In this document: one piece after another, positions 22,062 through 34,400 of the stretch | Layout: each line of letters begins with the position of its first letter | How positions within the stretch are numbered: position 1 is the first letter of the stretch | The notes under the pieces: generated by a model | The model's database searches: none | What the model was told of the DNA's origin: nothing | What the model saw: the letters and a program-made list of their open reading frames with translations, nothing else | Assembly (NCBI GenBank): GCA_964106915.2 | Contig: OZ066926.1 | DNA: 64,000 bases | Source: Podarcis gaigeae | Taxonomy: Eukaryota | Direction: 5' to 3' (one strand) | Position numbers and translations under genes: made by a program

Positions 22062-24652
22062 TATCTCACTGATGCTCAGATAAGGGGACCTGCTGTCATA
22101 GAACCATGGCTATTGTCCTGAGCCCTGCACAGACTTTTGCCCAGTGAGGCAGACTCCCTTGCACATATCTTTGAGATTTTTGCCTTCAGCATCTTTATCA
22201 ACATTGGTTGAGATTGGAGGAAAGACGCTCCTTCTGTAATTGGACAGAAACTGGAGCCCCAGCAGGAACACCATTGGACATTAAGCTCCTACTACTTCTA
22301 ATTTTACTGCAGCCTGCCAGTTGTTTAAAGGCACAGCCTTCCAAGCAACAAGATATCTGGCAGTGCACACCCAGCATCACACCTTATTCCAGACCTACTT
22401 CTGCCTGCGCAGCGCTTTGCCTGGATGTTCAAACCAGCCAGAACGGTTGTTTAGCACGTTAAGCAGCTGTCGTTCCCTTCCGATTTGAAACACTATCTCT
22501 CCTGATGCCTGCTTCAGTACTCTGTCACAAACCATGTCAGGGGCAACATGCAAATAATCTTTTAAATAACCTTGTAAATAATCTTATGCGGATGGAAGCA
22601 GTTAGCAAAATGTGTGAAGTTGATTTTTGCCGATAGAACCTTATGAAAAAGACGTTTGTGAAAGGAAGGTTTTGAGCGTGTTGTATCTTTTTATTTAATC
22701 CTTACCTTTTATTCCTTTGCGATTGCGATTGACATTTTGATTTACTGTGGGTTTTAAAGGGAGTGTGTGCATAATATGTTTTATACATATGAACTTAGTG
22801 ATCTGGCTCCAGAAAGGCAAGTAACCTTCTCTGCCAGGTAGCTCATGCCAATTTGAACTCTGGATGTCGTAGCAGCCATTTCTAGTACTGAGGCACTTAT
22901 ATGCGCACTGGTTACTTCACACAAGCAGGGATGGGAATCTCTGATCCTCCTGTTGTTGGACTCCACTTCCCATCAGCCCCAGCCCCTTGGCAAATGGTCA
23001 CTGATTCGCTGATGGACGGAAGCTCTTGGACTGGAGGACCACAAGCCTCCCATCCCCGCTACCTCTCAATTTTCAGAGTTGGCGCCGTATACCCATTGCA
23101 TGATTGCACTTCTCTACATATTGAAGTGAGGAGCATCCCCTGTTCATGGAGAGCTGCTTGGATACATACAATCACCTCCATATACTACATGGATAATGTG
23201 GGTCTGAGATATCGAAGCTGGATAAACCCAGTTTTCTTGTTTGTCTCCTTGGGAAATTTAGAGCAAAACAGAATGCTGGCAATAAAGAACCAGAAACAGC
23301 AAAAATGGAATGCCTTTTTCTTCTCATAAAGTGCTGTAGTCAATGCTGTGGCAGTTTGACCAGTTGCGTCAATGTATGTGATCAAATTTCATAAATTTAT
23401 TCAAATGACAAAAATTGGTGTGTTGGAACTGGTTGTCCACATGCACTTTTCGGAGATGGTCTTATAAGTGTATAATAAGAAATGTGTGTCATTGCTGCTG
23501 TCATCCCCTGCAAGATTAAGTGTTTAACTATGCTTATAGAACTATAATACGGTGGCATGCAGAGAACAACTCACTGTCGGATTGGTTAGAGGGCAAAAAA
23601 TACAGCTCCTGGAGCCTTGTTTTCAAACAGATATTTCAGTTAATCACAAATAAAAAGGGGGAAACCTCTGTGCATAAAATAACACGTACAGATTGGGAAA
23701 TGATACAATGGAAGAAGAAAAAATGTACACTAACTACTGTTTGCGCACAAGCTTCAAGAAAAGCTGACTGAATGTCACCCTATTTATTTTTATTTAAAAG
23801 ACTTAAGATACTGCTAATGATTGTGAATATCAAATGTGGTGTAAAAAAGATTAAAATGGTGCCATAAAAAATAAACGTAAAAAGAATACAGTACAGCAAA
23901 GTGGTTTCTAACTGCTACATCGAAGGCTTTGGTAAACAGGAACATCTTTAGCCAAATGCCAGAAAGAAAACAGGCGGCAACCATCTCTGACTCTTGGCAA
24001 GTCTCCTGGGGACAGGACATTGTCCTCTTTGTGCTCATGTTGGTACCCAGCCAACTCAAACTGGGATAAGGTTTGCAAATCATTAGACCAGTGTTATGGG
24101 GCGAGTTCTAGCATTCAAATGCCATATGCTCAGCTGCCCCCATTATACACATCAGAATCTTCATAGGTTGATGGTAGAGGTTCCAAATAGGCCAGTGCTG
24201 GATTTAGGGCGGTGAGGGCAATTCCCATACACGGTGCCGAGCCGAAGGGGGCGCAAAATTGAGAAGATCCATAATTCAGAAGATCTGTTTGGGGGCACCA
24301 AATTATCAAAGACTGCCTCTGAATTGGCAAGCAGACAGACACTTAAAATCAGGATAGGGAGCTTGTGGCCCTCCAGATTCTAACCAGCATCAGCTAGCAT
24401 AACCAATGGTTAGAGGTGGGAGTTTTAAACAATAAAAGCTGGATTGCACAGCTAAAGGAAGCAACAAGGAATGAGAGCCGTAATGGATGGGCAATGAAAT
24501 TCAGTGAAGTGGCAACATTACTTTCCCATGATATAAGCAGAAGGCAGGTGGCAATTTGTAAAACAAATCCTTGGATAGCTGACTTGTCATGTCTTTGGCA
24601 GCATCTACATTACACATTTAAAGCAGTATCATACCACTTTAAACAGCTGTAA

Positions 24653-25001
24653 AAAGGTAAAGGACCCCTGACAGTTAAGTCCAGTCGCGAATGACTTTAG
24701 GGTTGCGGCCATCATCTCGCTTTACTGGCTGAGGGAGCCGGCATTTGTCCGCAGGCAGTTTTTCTGGGTCATGTGGCCAGCATGACTAAGCTGCTTCTGG
24801 CGAAACCAGAGCAGTGCACGGAAATGCCGTTTACCTTCCCGCTGGGGTGGTACCTATTTATCTACTTGCACTTTTGACGTGCTTTCGAACTGCTAGGTTG
24901 GCAGGAGCAGGGACCAAGGAACGGGAGCTCACCCCATTGCGGGGATTCGAACCGCCAACCTTCTGATCGGCAAGCCCCAGGCTCAGTGGTTTCAACCACA
25001 G
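24653..25001 (-). mobile_element. Sauria SINE
   Basis: (AAAGGT)n tail at left, tacctatttatctacttgcac core, B box ggattcgaacc. Confidence 0.9.
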
Positions 25002-25284
25002 ATGGTAGAATCCCCCTTTCCAGTATGTGCTCTGAATTCCCCCCCTCCCATATTAATATTTATTTTTCAGACAGCAGACTTTGCTTACAAGATAACTTGG
25101 GGGGCTAGGGAGGAAGGCTTAAATACTTAAAACTTGGTGATTGCTATCCTCATTTTGTTCCTTTATCACTGTACTCTTCTCAGCTTTCCTCTACGGATCC
25201 ACCAACAAGTTAATTGCACGGAGATCCAGAAAGGAAAATTGACACTGCAGAGAGACTGAGAGTATTTTTGCTGTCATGATGACT

Positions 25285-25385
25285 ATTCCTTTCTATTTAT
25301 AGACACAGCAAAGCTTGGGTGTTTGTCCAATAAACAGATGTGTCCATTGGTGACACCGCGTCGTAACCATACCTTTTAAAATTGA
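25285..25385 (+). promoter_or_regulatory. Putative ASB16 proximal promoter with MEF2 site
   Basis: CTATTTATAG (25293..25302) is a perfect MEF2 consensus; CCAAT near 25327, E-box CAGATG near 25336, AT-rich TTTTAAAA near 25374; 100-180 bp upstream of the ATG. Confidence 0.55.
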
Positions 25386-25470
25386 AGCTGGGAGCAGCTT
25401 ACAGGTTGGGGGTAGATGAATTAGGCCTGTGTGGAGAAACTTTGGCTGCCTTTTCTTCTCGTGTGGAAGA

Positions 25471-28400
25471 ATGTCGAAGGAAACTTTCACGTTCACTTCT
25501 TCCACCCTTCGCTCCCTGCGTCTGCAGCGAGAAATGCTGGAATGGGAAGACCGGCGGAGGGCTGCGTCTCGCCAGTCTGTGAGTCGGAGGTACCAGCCTA
25601 GTTTGGGGAGCCTCTCTGCACTCCCCAAACTTTCCCGACGCCCACAGTATTGTCGGGATCCTGCTGTTCACAATGCCCTGTACACAGGAGACCTTCCAAG
25701 AGTCCGGAGCATTTTTAAGGATGAATCTACTGCCAACTTGATTGTGGAGACCCTCAGTGAGGAGCTGGTGTGGTCTGCCGAAATGGGTAAGAAGGGGTTG
25801 TCCATAGTGGGGGTTGTCCATAGGGGTTGTCACTTGGATTGGTCACTGGCCTTTTAGATTTTGACTCAGTTCTGTGGGGGTGGGAGACTTTTCAAGGCTT
25901 GGGTTCTGGCAGGACGACAAGTTGGAGCACAGGAATTTTGGTCCCACTGGGGAAAGATTCAGCATTGCAGGGTCTGTTATTAGGATTTCTTTTTAGCTTA
26001 GAAGGGCGTGGGGAGACGAAAAAGAACATGATAGAGGTATATAAAACGAATAATCTGCGTGCACTCACTGTCCTGAAAACAGTTTCACTGCCCTTTAAAT
26101 GCCCAGTATTTTTTATAAAAAAAAAAAAAACAGGTAAAGTGAATAGCCAGAAATTTAGTTGTAATCACAAAAATGTGGCCACTTCAGTAAAAGTGGTTAG
26201 TTTGGAATCCCCTTATGAAAAGTGGTATTCTGACTTCCGGAGGCGGCGCGAACGGTAATGGCTGCCCTTTCCTAACCGGGAGAGGGAAGCTCCGCTGGAA
26301 AAGGGTCGTCCGCTACGGCGAAGCGGAGACCCATTTTGGAAAACCGCAGGCAGCGGAAGCCTGCGGTCTCGGGACCCGGCGGGCGCCAGGAGCAACCCCC
26401 GAAACGTTGAGGGAACCCCGTAAGGGGCTCCGGATCGCAGAGGGGGCAGCGGCGCTGTGGGTCTATGCGCATTCAGCGGAGCGAAGCCGCGCTGCTGTTG
26501 CCGGTGAGCGCCGACCTTTCTTCCTGCAACACAAGATTCTGAAACGCAACAACCCGTGAGTAACTGAGGATTTTACTAAATTTTGGGACTAAAAATACTG
26601 AAAATAAGCTGAAAGCGGAGTGACGAGGAAAAGGAAGTCCGTCTTCCGCAGCCATTGACTTTTAAAGCAAAGAGCAGGAGGAGTGGAGGCACAGAGAGAA
26701 CTTTTGACAGCTCAGATTGAGCACCCGCAGAAATTACTTTCAATCCCCTTAAAGACTGTAAGTAACTGATTTTTGGACTTTTATCAGGACTTATATATCC
26801 TCTTCTTTGTGGATTACAACTTTACTTAAGAAGCCCAGGTGTCAGAACTGCCTGAGCAGTAGAACTGTCAGACTGCAAATTTGGATACATTGTATTTAAA
26901 CTTTGAGACAATCTGAGGGAGTTCAGAATGGTTACGTTCTTGCACTACGGAACTCCAGTAAGCACAACTTGAAATATTGTGGCAAACTTAAAACCAACTC
27001 TGCTAAAACTACTTTTGTGAAGATTCCTAAGTATTGGTTCAGATTTTGTATGATTGGAATGGACTCTTCTTCTTAGGACATTTTATGCTCCCCCTAGAGG
27101 ATTGAGGATTTATAACAAAAACATTGTTTTACTTTCTATTTCCCGGCCCTCTGTTTGACTGCTACCACCTGGGCCGTTGCTTTCTCATGGGAACAACTCA
27201 GCTTGACCTTGACTGCTAGATAACTCTGGAATGAGTGGCGCAAAAAGAAAGGGATTAAGAACTAGACAAACAACTCTGACAACCTTAACTGCAGCCTCAC
27301 AAACACGCAGATCATCTGTGCCTACTCTGCCCTCGGAGGAAAAAGCTACCTCCCTGTCACAGGCAGGGGAGGGAGAAACTGAGGAATTACAACTAGAAGA
27401 GATGGCCTCAGGAGGATCTGGTTCTGTATTAGAGAGAATTCTTGAGAAATTGGAGTCTTTGGACAGGAAAGTTGACCAACAAACTGCGAAAATTGACCTT
27501 AATACAGAAACTTTAAACAAATTATCTGGGCAAGTTGCACAAAATGCACAAGCAATCGGACAACTGAAGGAGGCTGCAGGTGAAAATCAGAGACTGGCCG
27601 AAGAGACCAGTCAAAGAGTGGGAGAGTTGGAAAAAGAAGTAAGGCCGCTCAGCAAGCAGGTTGGGGAACACCAGACCTACCTCTCTATGTTGGAACTTCG
27701 GAACAGGGAGACTAACTTAAGGATAAGATCGATACCAGAAGCGGAAGAAGGCAATCTAGCTGAGTTTTTGACCAAAGAATTCTCCAAGTTCTGGGGTCTA
27801 GAGGAGGAAGACTTTAAAATTGTGTCAGCCTTCAGACTTGGAAGACTCATAAAGAGAGAGAAGCCCAGAGACTGTTTGATTACGTTGAGATCAAAGGAGG
27901 AAAGGGACAAGATTTTGGGCCTGCACTACGGAAGATCCCTGAACATTTCGGACAAAAGAATTGAGATTTTTAAGGACATTCCTAAACAGCTGTTGGACCT
28001 CAGATCTGAATATCTGGACTTAGTAAAACTGCTGAGAAGCAACTCAATCATCTTTAGGTGGGACTTTCCTCAAGGATTATCCTTTACCTTTAGAGGGAAG
28101 AAGATTAAAATCAGAACTTTGGAAGATAGGGATAAGTTTTTGACTGCCTACGGAGAGGACCTTCATAAAGGACTTGAACTACCCCCAGGGCCTGAACCAC
28201 CACAGGTACCTGCACCACAGAACCCTGAAGACTCACAGAACAAAACACCATCCCAAGGAAATTAAACAGATTCATCCAGGATGTCTCTGCAACTTTTAAG
28301 CTGGAATATAAATGGCTGTAACAGCCCGGAAAAAAGGAAGAAAATCTTTCACATATTAAAAAAGGAGCAACTAGACATTACTTGTCTACAAGAAACACAT

Positions 28401-31400
28401 GTGACTAGGCCCCACAGAAAAATATTGGTAAATAAAAGGTTAGGCCAAGAATTTATATCTTCGGATTCAGTTAAGAAGAGAGGAGTGGTGATATATGCAA
28501 AGGAGAGCCTCTCACCAAAATTTCTATTTAAAGATGAACATGGAAGAATTTTGGCAATTGAAATACAGCACCAAGGAGAGAAAATTTTGATATTAGGAAT
28601 CTACGCTCCAAATGAAGGGAAATCAGAATTCTACAAGAAGTTGCATGAGATTATGCTGGACTATCTGGACTACGATAACATCATCATGATGGGAGATATG
28701 AATGGGATCGTCTCAACGAACATGGATAGGTCACAAAGCCAAAAGGTTACTAAAGATGGCAGACTACCAAAGACCTTTTTCGAAATGACAGACAACATGG
28801 ACTGGATTGACATATGGAGGACAAAGAACCCCTTGGGGAAAGAAGGAACATTTTTCTCTGAAGCCCAACTGACTTGGACAAGAATTGACCAAATATGGAT
28901 TTCTAGAGGTCTGGCTCCTAAGGTTAGGAAAGTGGAAATCTGCCCAAAGACCTGCTCCGATCATAACGCGTTGAAAATGGACATGACATTATTACCAACC
29001 GGCTCCTTTAGATGGAAGATGAATGACAACTTGTTTAGAGATCAGGAGATTATTAAGAAGGCCAAAAAAACAATAAAGGACTATTTTGAGATAAATTTGA
29101 ACACTGCAGTGGAAAAAAGAACAATCTGGGACGCAAGCAAAGCTGTGATGAGAGGGTTCTTGATACAACAGAACGCCATAAAGAAAAGACTACAAAATGA
29201 GAAAAAAGATAAGATTTTGGGGAAAATTAAAGAATTAGAGAAGAAACTAAGAGTAAACCCGAAGTCACAGCCGATCTTGAGAGAAATTAAACTTCATCAG
29301 GCACAATATTCCAAACTGATAAATCAGGAAATAGAATGGAAGATTAAATTAATGAAACAAAAAACATTTGAATCGGCTAACAAATGTGGGAAACTGCTGG
29401 CTTGGCAGTTGAAGAAGAGACAAAAGTTGAACATAGTAACAAATTTGGAAATAGAAGGAAGATATATTCAGAACCCGGTGGAAATTAGAAAATGTTTCCA
29501 GAAATATTTTAAGAAATTATACACTCAAGGGCCACAAAATGAGGAAGAGATTGCAAAATTTTTGGAGAAAAATGGACTTAAAAAACTATCACAAGAAAAT
29601 AGATCACTCCTGAATAGTAAAATAACACGATTAGAGATAGAACATGCCATTCAGAATATGAAGCTGGGCAAGTCTCCAGGGCCAGATGGCTTGACCTCCA
29701 AGTACTATAAGACATTAAGTGACTATTTGATTCAACCACTGATGGAGGTCAGCAATGAAATTATGGAGGGAAAGAAGGCGCCTGAATCGTGGAAGGAAGC
29801 TTTCATCACATTGATACCAAAATCAGAAACTGAAAAGACACAACTTAAGAACTACCGTCCCATTTCCCTTTTAAATGTGGATTATAAAATATTTGCTGAT
29901 GTTTTGGCAGGAAGACTCAAAAGAGTTTTAAATGAGATAATTCATAAAGACCAGGCAGGCTTTCTCCCAGGAAGACACTTGTTTGCTAATACAAGGAACA
30001 TTATTGACATTTTGGAACTTTTGCAAACAAATATTAACACTAAAGCAGTTTTAATTTTTATAGACGCGGAGAAGGCCTTCGATAACATCTCTTGGAAATT
30101 TATGAAGGGGAATTTAAAAGAAATGGGAGTGGGGCGGGGTTTTGAAAATGGGATTGATGCGATTTACTCAGAACAAAAGGCAAAACTGATAGTTAACAAT
30201 GTGGTTACAGAAGAGTTTAAGATTGAAAAAGGGACACGACAAGGCTGCCCGATTTCCCCCTTGCTGTTTATTTCTGTCCTGGAGGTGCTCTTGAACTTGA
30301 TTAGAGGGGACCGGTTGGTGCAAGGGATTCAGATCGGAGCGAAACAATATAAACTTAAAGCTTTTGCAGATGACCTTGTCTTGACATTGCAAGAGCCAGA
30401 ATCTAGCACAAAAAGAGTGTTACAATTGATTCAGGACTTTGGTCGGGTGGCGGGTTTCAAACTAAATAAACAGAAAACTAAGGTGTTGGGAAAAAACTTG
30501 ACAGATACAGAGTTGGAACGGTTTCAGAGAGAAACAGAATTAAATTTGGTAAAAAGGGTGAAGTACCTAGGGGTAAATATAACAGCAAAAAATTTATGTC
30601 TCTTTAAGGATAACTATGATAAATGTTGGTCTGAAATTAAGAGAGACTTGGACAGCTGGACAAATTTGAAGCTTTCTTTGTTAGGCCGAATTGCTGCTAT
30701 CAAGATGAATGTATTGCCAAAGATGTTGTTTTTGTTTCAAACGTTGCAGATTGTAGACAAAACGGAGTGTTTCCGGAAGTGGCAGAGAGATATTTCTAAA
30801 TTTGTCTGGCAGGGCAAAAAGCCCAGAATTAAGTTCAAGATACTAACTGATGCGAAAGAAAGAGGGGGCTTTGCCCTGCCAGACTTAAGGCTGTACTATG
30901 AAGCCGCAGCTTTCTGCTGGCTAAAAGACTGGCTACTTCTAGAAGACACTGATGTCTTAGATCTGGAAGGTTTTAACAATGCATTTGGTTGGCATGCATA
31001 CTTATGGTATGATAAAGTTAAGATCAATAAGGCCTTTAAGAATCATATCGTCAGGAAAGCAGTGTTTAATGTCTGGACAAAATACAAAGACCTATTGGAA
31101 AATAAAACTCCAAGATGGCTATCACCTCTGGAGGCCAAGGCCCGAAAAAGACCCAATATGGAGGCCAAATGGCCGAAATATTGGGAAATAATAGAGAAAG
31201 AGGGCAATAATTGGAAATTGCAGAGTTTGGAAAAAATGAAAGACAAAGTGCGAGACTGGTTACACTACGCTCAGATCCAAGAAATTTTTAAAAATGATAA
31301 AAAGTTAGGATTCCAGGTGGAGAAATCGAAGTTGGAAACAGAATTGTTAGAACCTAAGACTAAAGTACTCTCAAGAATGTATAACTTGCTGTTGAAATGG

Positions 31401-34400
31401 AATACACAAGATGAAATGGTTAAGTCGGCCATGATAAAGTGGGCACAGGATATTGGGCATAATATTATGTTTGAGGATTGGGAAAGGTTGTGGACCACGG
31501 GGATGAACTTCACGGCATGTAATGCTCTGAAGGAAAATGTAATGAAAATGATATATAGGTGGTACATGACCCCAGTTAAACTTGCCAAAATATGCCATGT
31601 GCCAGACAATAAATGTTGGAAATGTAAGGAAAATGAAGGAACATTCTTTCACCTCTGGTGGACTTGTCCCAGGGTGAAGGCCTTCTGGGAAATGATATAT
31701 AATGAGCTGAAAAAGGTATTTAAGTATACCTTCCTTAAGAAACCAGAGGCCTTCCTCTTGGGCATTGTCGGCCAGATGGTGCCAAAGAAGGATCGAACAT
31801 TCTTTTTGTACGCAACAGCAGCAGCAAGGATACTTATCGCTAAGAAGTGGAAAACTCAAGATCTACCCACGCTGGAAGAATGGCAGATGCAGCTGATGGA
31901 CTATATGCAAATGGCAGAGATGACTGGCAGAATTCGAGACCTGGGAGAAGAGAGGGTTGAAGAAGATTGGAGGAAATTTAAGACTTATTTACAAAAATAT
32001 TGTGATTTGGTGGAAAGTTAAGTAGGATGTTTGATCATAAATAATTGGCCACCACAAAATCGGATTGGAATGGGATGTAAAGCGAGACTAAGAGAAACAA
32101 ACTTTCAGAGGACTATATTTAAATAAGCGGTTATAAAATTTGCAAACTAGATGATAAATTGCATGGAAAAAATTTATGATGATGAAAATGGCAGTGGGAG
32201 ATGTGAGGAAGTCCAAAGAAGTTATGAAACTCTGTTGAGATAAAAGTAAGGTTGTCTATTGTCTTTGTACTCTATTCTGTAAAAAACCCTAATAAAAATT
32301 TTATTTAAAAAAAGAAAAAAAAGAAAAGTGGTATTCTTTGTAAACAGAGCCTTCTGTCACATTGCTTTTATTGCAACATAGGTATTTTGACATGGAACCA
32401 GTAGCAACTTTGGCAGAAAATGTTTGCTATTTTCTCTCTGCCGTCAACAAGTTGCGACACTTTTAAGAGCAATAGCCTTGAACTTCCTCAGACTTCCTCA
32501 GAGGCCCACGTTAATCCACAACCTGCAACACATTGCCCAGATTTAAGTAGTTTCAGGGCAAACAGCAGTTTTATTTCATCCTCACTCGCTTGCATGGAAT
32601 TTCTGATCACTAACAGTTACCCAGGCTAATGCTTAAATTCAAGAGCTGGTCTACCATGAGGCTATTGCTTTGGGAAAGCTCCCCAGCAGAGAACGATGGA
32701 GAAAGTCGTACTGTGCTGTTTGCTCCCATCACCAGAGAATCGTGGAATTCTGTGCTTCTAAATATTTATTAAGGTATTTGTTTCGCTCATTGGCTATCAT
32801 GGCTGATAGTCATATCGTCAGATTTTGTGGCAGCCTAATTATGCGCTGTGGGAAGGATTTTCTGTTTGTTTACCCTGAACCTATTGCAAATCCATTTAAA
32901 TGGCGGTGTTAACCTGCCGCTTCTCAGTTTCTAATCCTCCTGCCCAATAATCGTCTTCTGCAGGGCTGTGGGTGCTGACCCCCCAGAAGAAGCACACTTC
33001 TCCATTGTGCATCACAGCGGCCAGAGGCTACCAGGACTGCGTGAAGCACCTGCTTCTACAAGGGGCCGAGGTTGATGCTGTCATTGGTGGGAAAGCCGCC
33101 ATTCACGAAAGCTGTGCCAACCACCGCGCAGAGTGCACCCGCCTGCTCCTGAGCTACAGCGCAAACCCCAACCTTCTTTCGGAGGACGGACTGGCCCCTC
33201 TGCATCTCTGCACCACTCAGGAGTCTTTGCCGTATGTCTGGGAAATTGGGAAGGGGTGTATGTTTGTGGATTGAAGTGTTGCAGCAATAAGGCGACAGCA
33301 GAATAGCGGCAAAGTAATTAGCCAAATAGGACTAACGATTAGCCTCTATTAAACTAACAATTAGCCTTCCTGGTGGACTTGGCAGGGGGCTCCTTAATTC
33401 AATTGCAAAAGTGTCTTTCTCCCATGCTAAATTAAATGTAGATTGTACTACCTCAATACATTATGCAAAGCATGGTGTTAAATATTACAATCCGTGGACA
33501 ATTCAGATTCTGAAGCAAGAACCACCAAGTTTAATCTTGTTACGCATAATTGCTTTTGTTTACTCTGTTCCCTACTGTTTTCTGGTCCTGCTAGTCATGG
33601 GGGTGGAGAGCATCTTTGCAGGGCAGTGGAACCCCAATCACTGGCACCCTTCTCCAGCTGCGCTTCCTGAGAAAGCTGGATTCTTCTGTGAATGAAAAGT
33701 GTCCAGTTGAGCCGGGGTGAATGTAGCCAATGAACACACCAGAGTGGAAAGCCATGGCAGAAGGCACAGATTAGGTTAATACCCAACTCTCCACAACTCT
33801 GAAGAGTGCACAACACATATTTATACAGTCCCGGTACATTGTTACACGTGAAGGACGCGTGATCATGTGCTTCAACAGAATACCTTGCATTCAGTCTTCC
33901 TGTGGTCTTGGAGTTCGATTCCCAGAGTCTTGTCACTCTCCCAGACATTATTGACACTACCAGGAAATTTTCAACCACAAGGTCTGTTGCAAGTGGACAA
34001 CTTGACTTTTGCTTCTAAAAGCACCTTGTGGACAGCTAAATGGGTCATGCTAAGTAGGCCATACCGTTTGCAAGCATATCTAACTGGGGGGGGGGGGGAG
34101 AAGCCATTGTTATGGACACACTTAGGCCAAAAGGGTCTCTCTAGCCCCTTCACTTCCAGCTGCAGGGTCATGTCCTATATGGGGCCTGATTCTTTTAAAA
34201 CAAAAAAACAAAAACAGAGTAGCAGAACACTGTGTTCACTGCTGCTTCCCCAGATAAATATTGTGCAAAATTCCTGCACCCACCCATGGGTTGGATCGTC
34301 TGATGGTTGCCAAATCCCCCACAGCTACTCCTTGTGCTTTCCAGATGTGCCCAGCTGCTCCTGGAGTATGGAGCTCTGGTGAACCAGAATACAAGAGACC

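Larger units (their letters stand above)
26232..32322 (+). mobile_element. Full-length LINE-1 (6091 bp) in ASB16 intron 1
   Basis: Perfect 15-bp TSD GAAAAGTGGTATTCT at 26217..26231 and 32323..32337. CpG-rich 5'UTR starting GACTTCCGG, ORF1, 15-nt spacer, ORF2, AATAAA at 32291 and A-rich tail. Confidence 0.97.

Noticed and set aside
25429-25470. Upstream non-ATG extension of ASB16 in the ORF track
   Set aside because: It starts at a GTG; homology begins at ATG 25471.
26215-26559. 114-aa ORF starting at the L1 TSD
   Set aside because: The ATG is formed by flanking host sequence plus the first TSD base, upstream of the L1 start; GC-rich chance ORF. Its donor phase does not match ASB16 exon 2.
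28281-32021. Domesticated or novel RT system (retron/DGR-like)
   Set aside because: EN-RT-Cys architecture, upstream ORF1, TSD and poly(A) tail are all those of an ordinary LINE-1.
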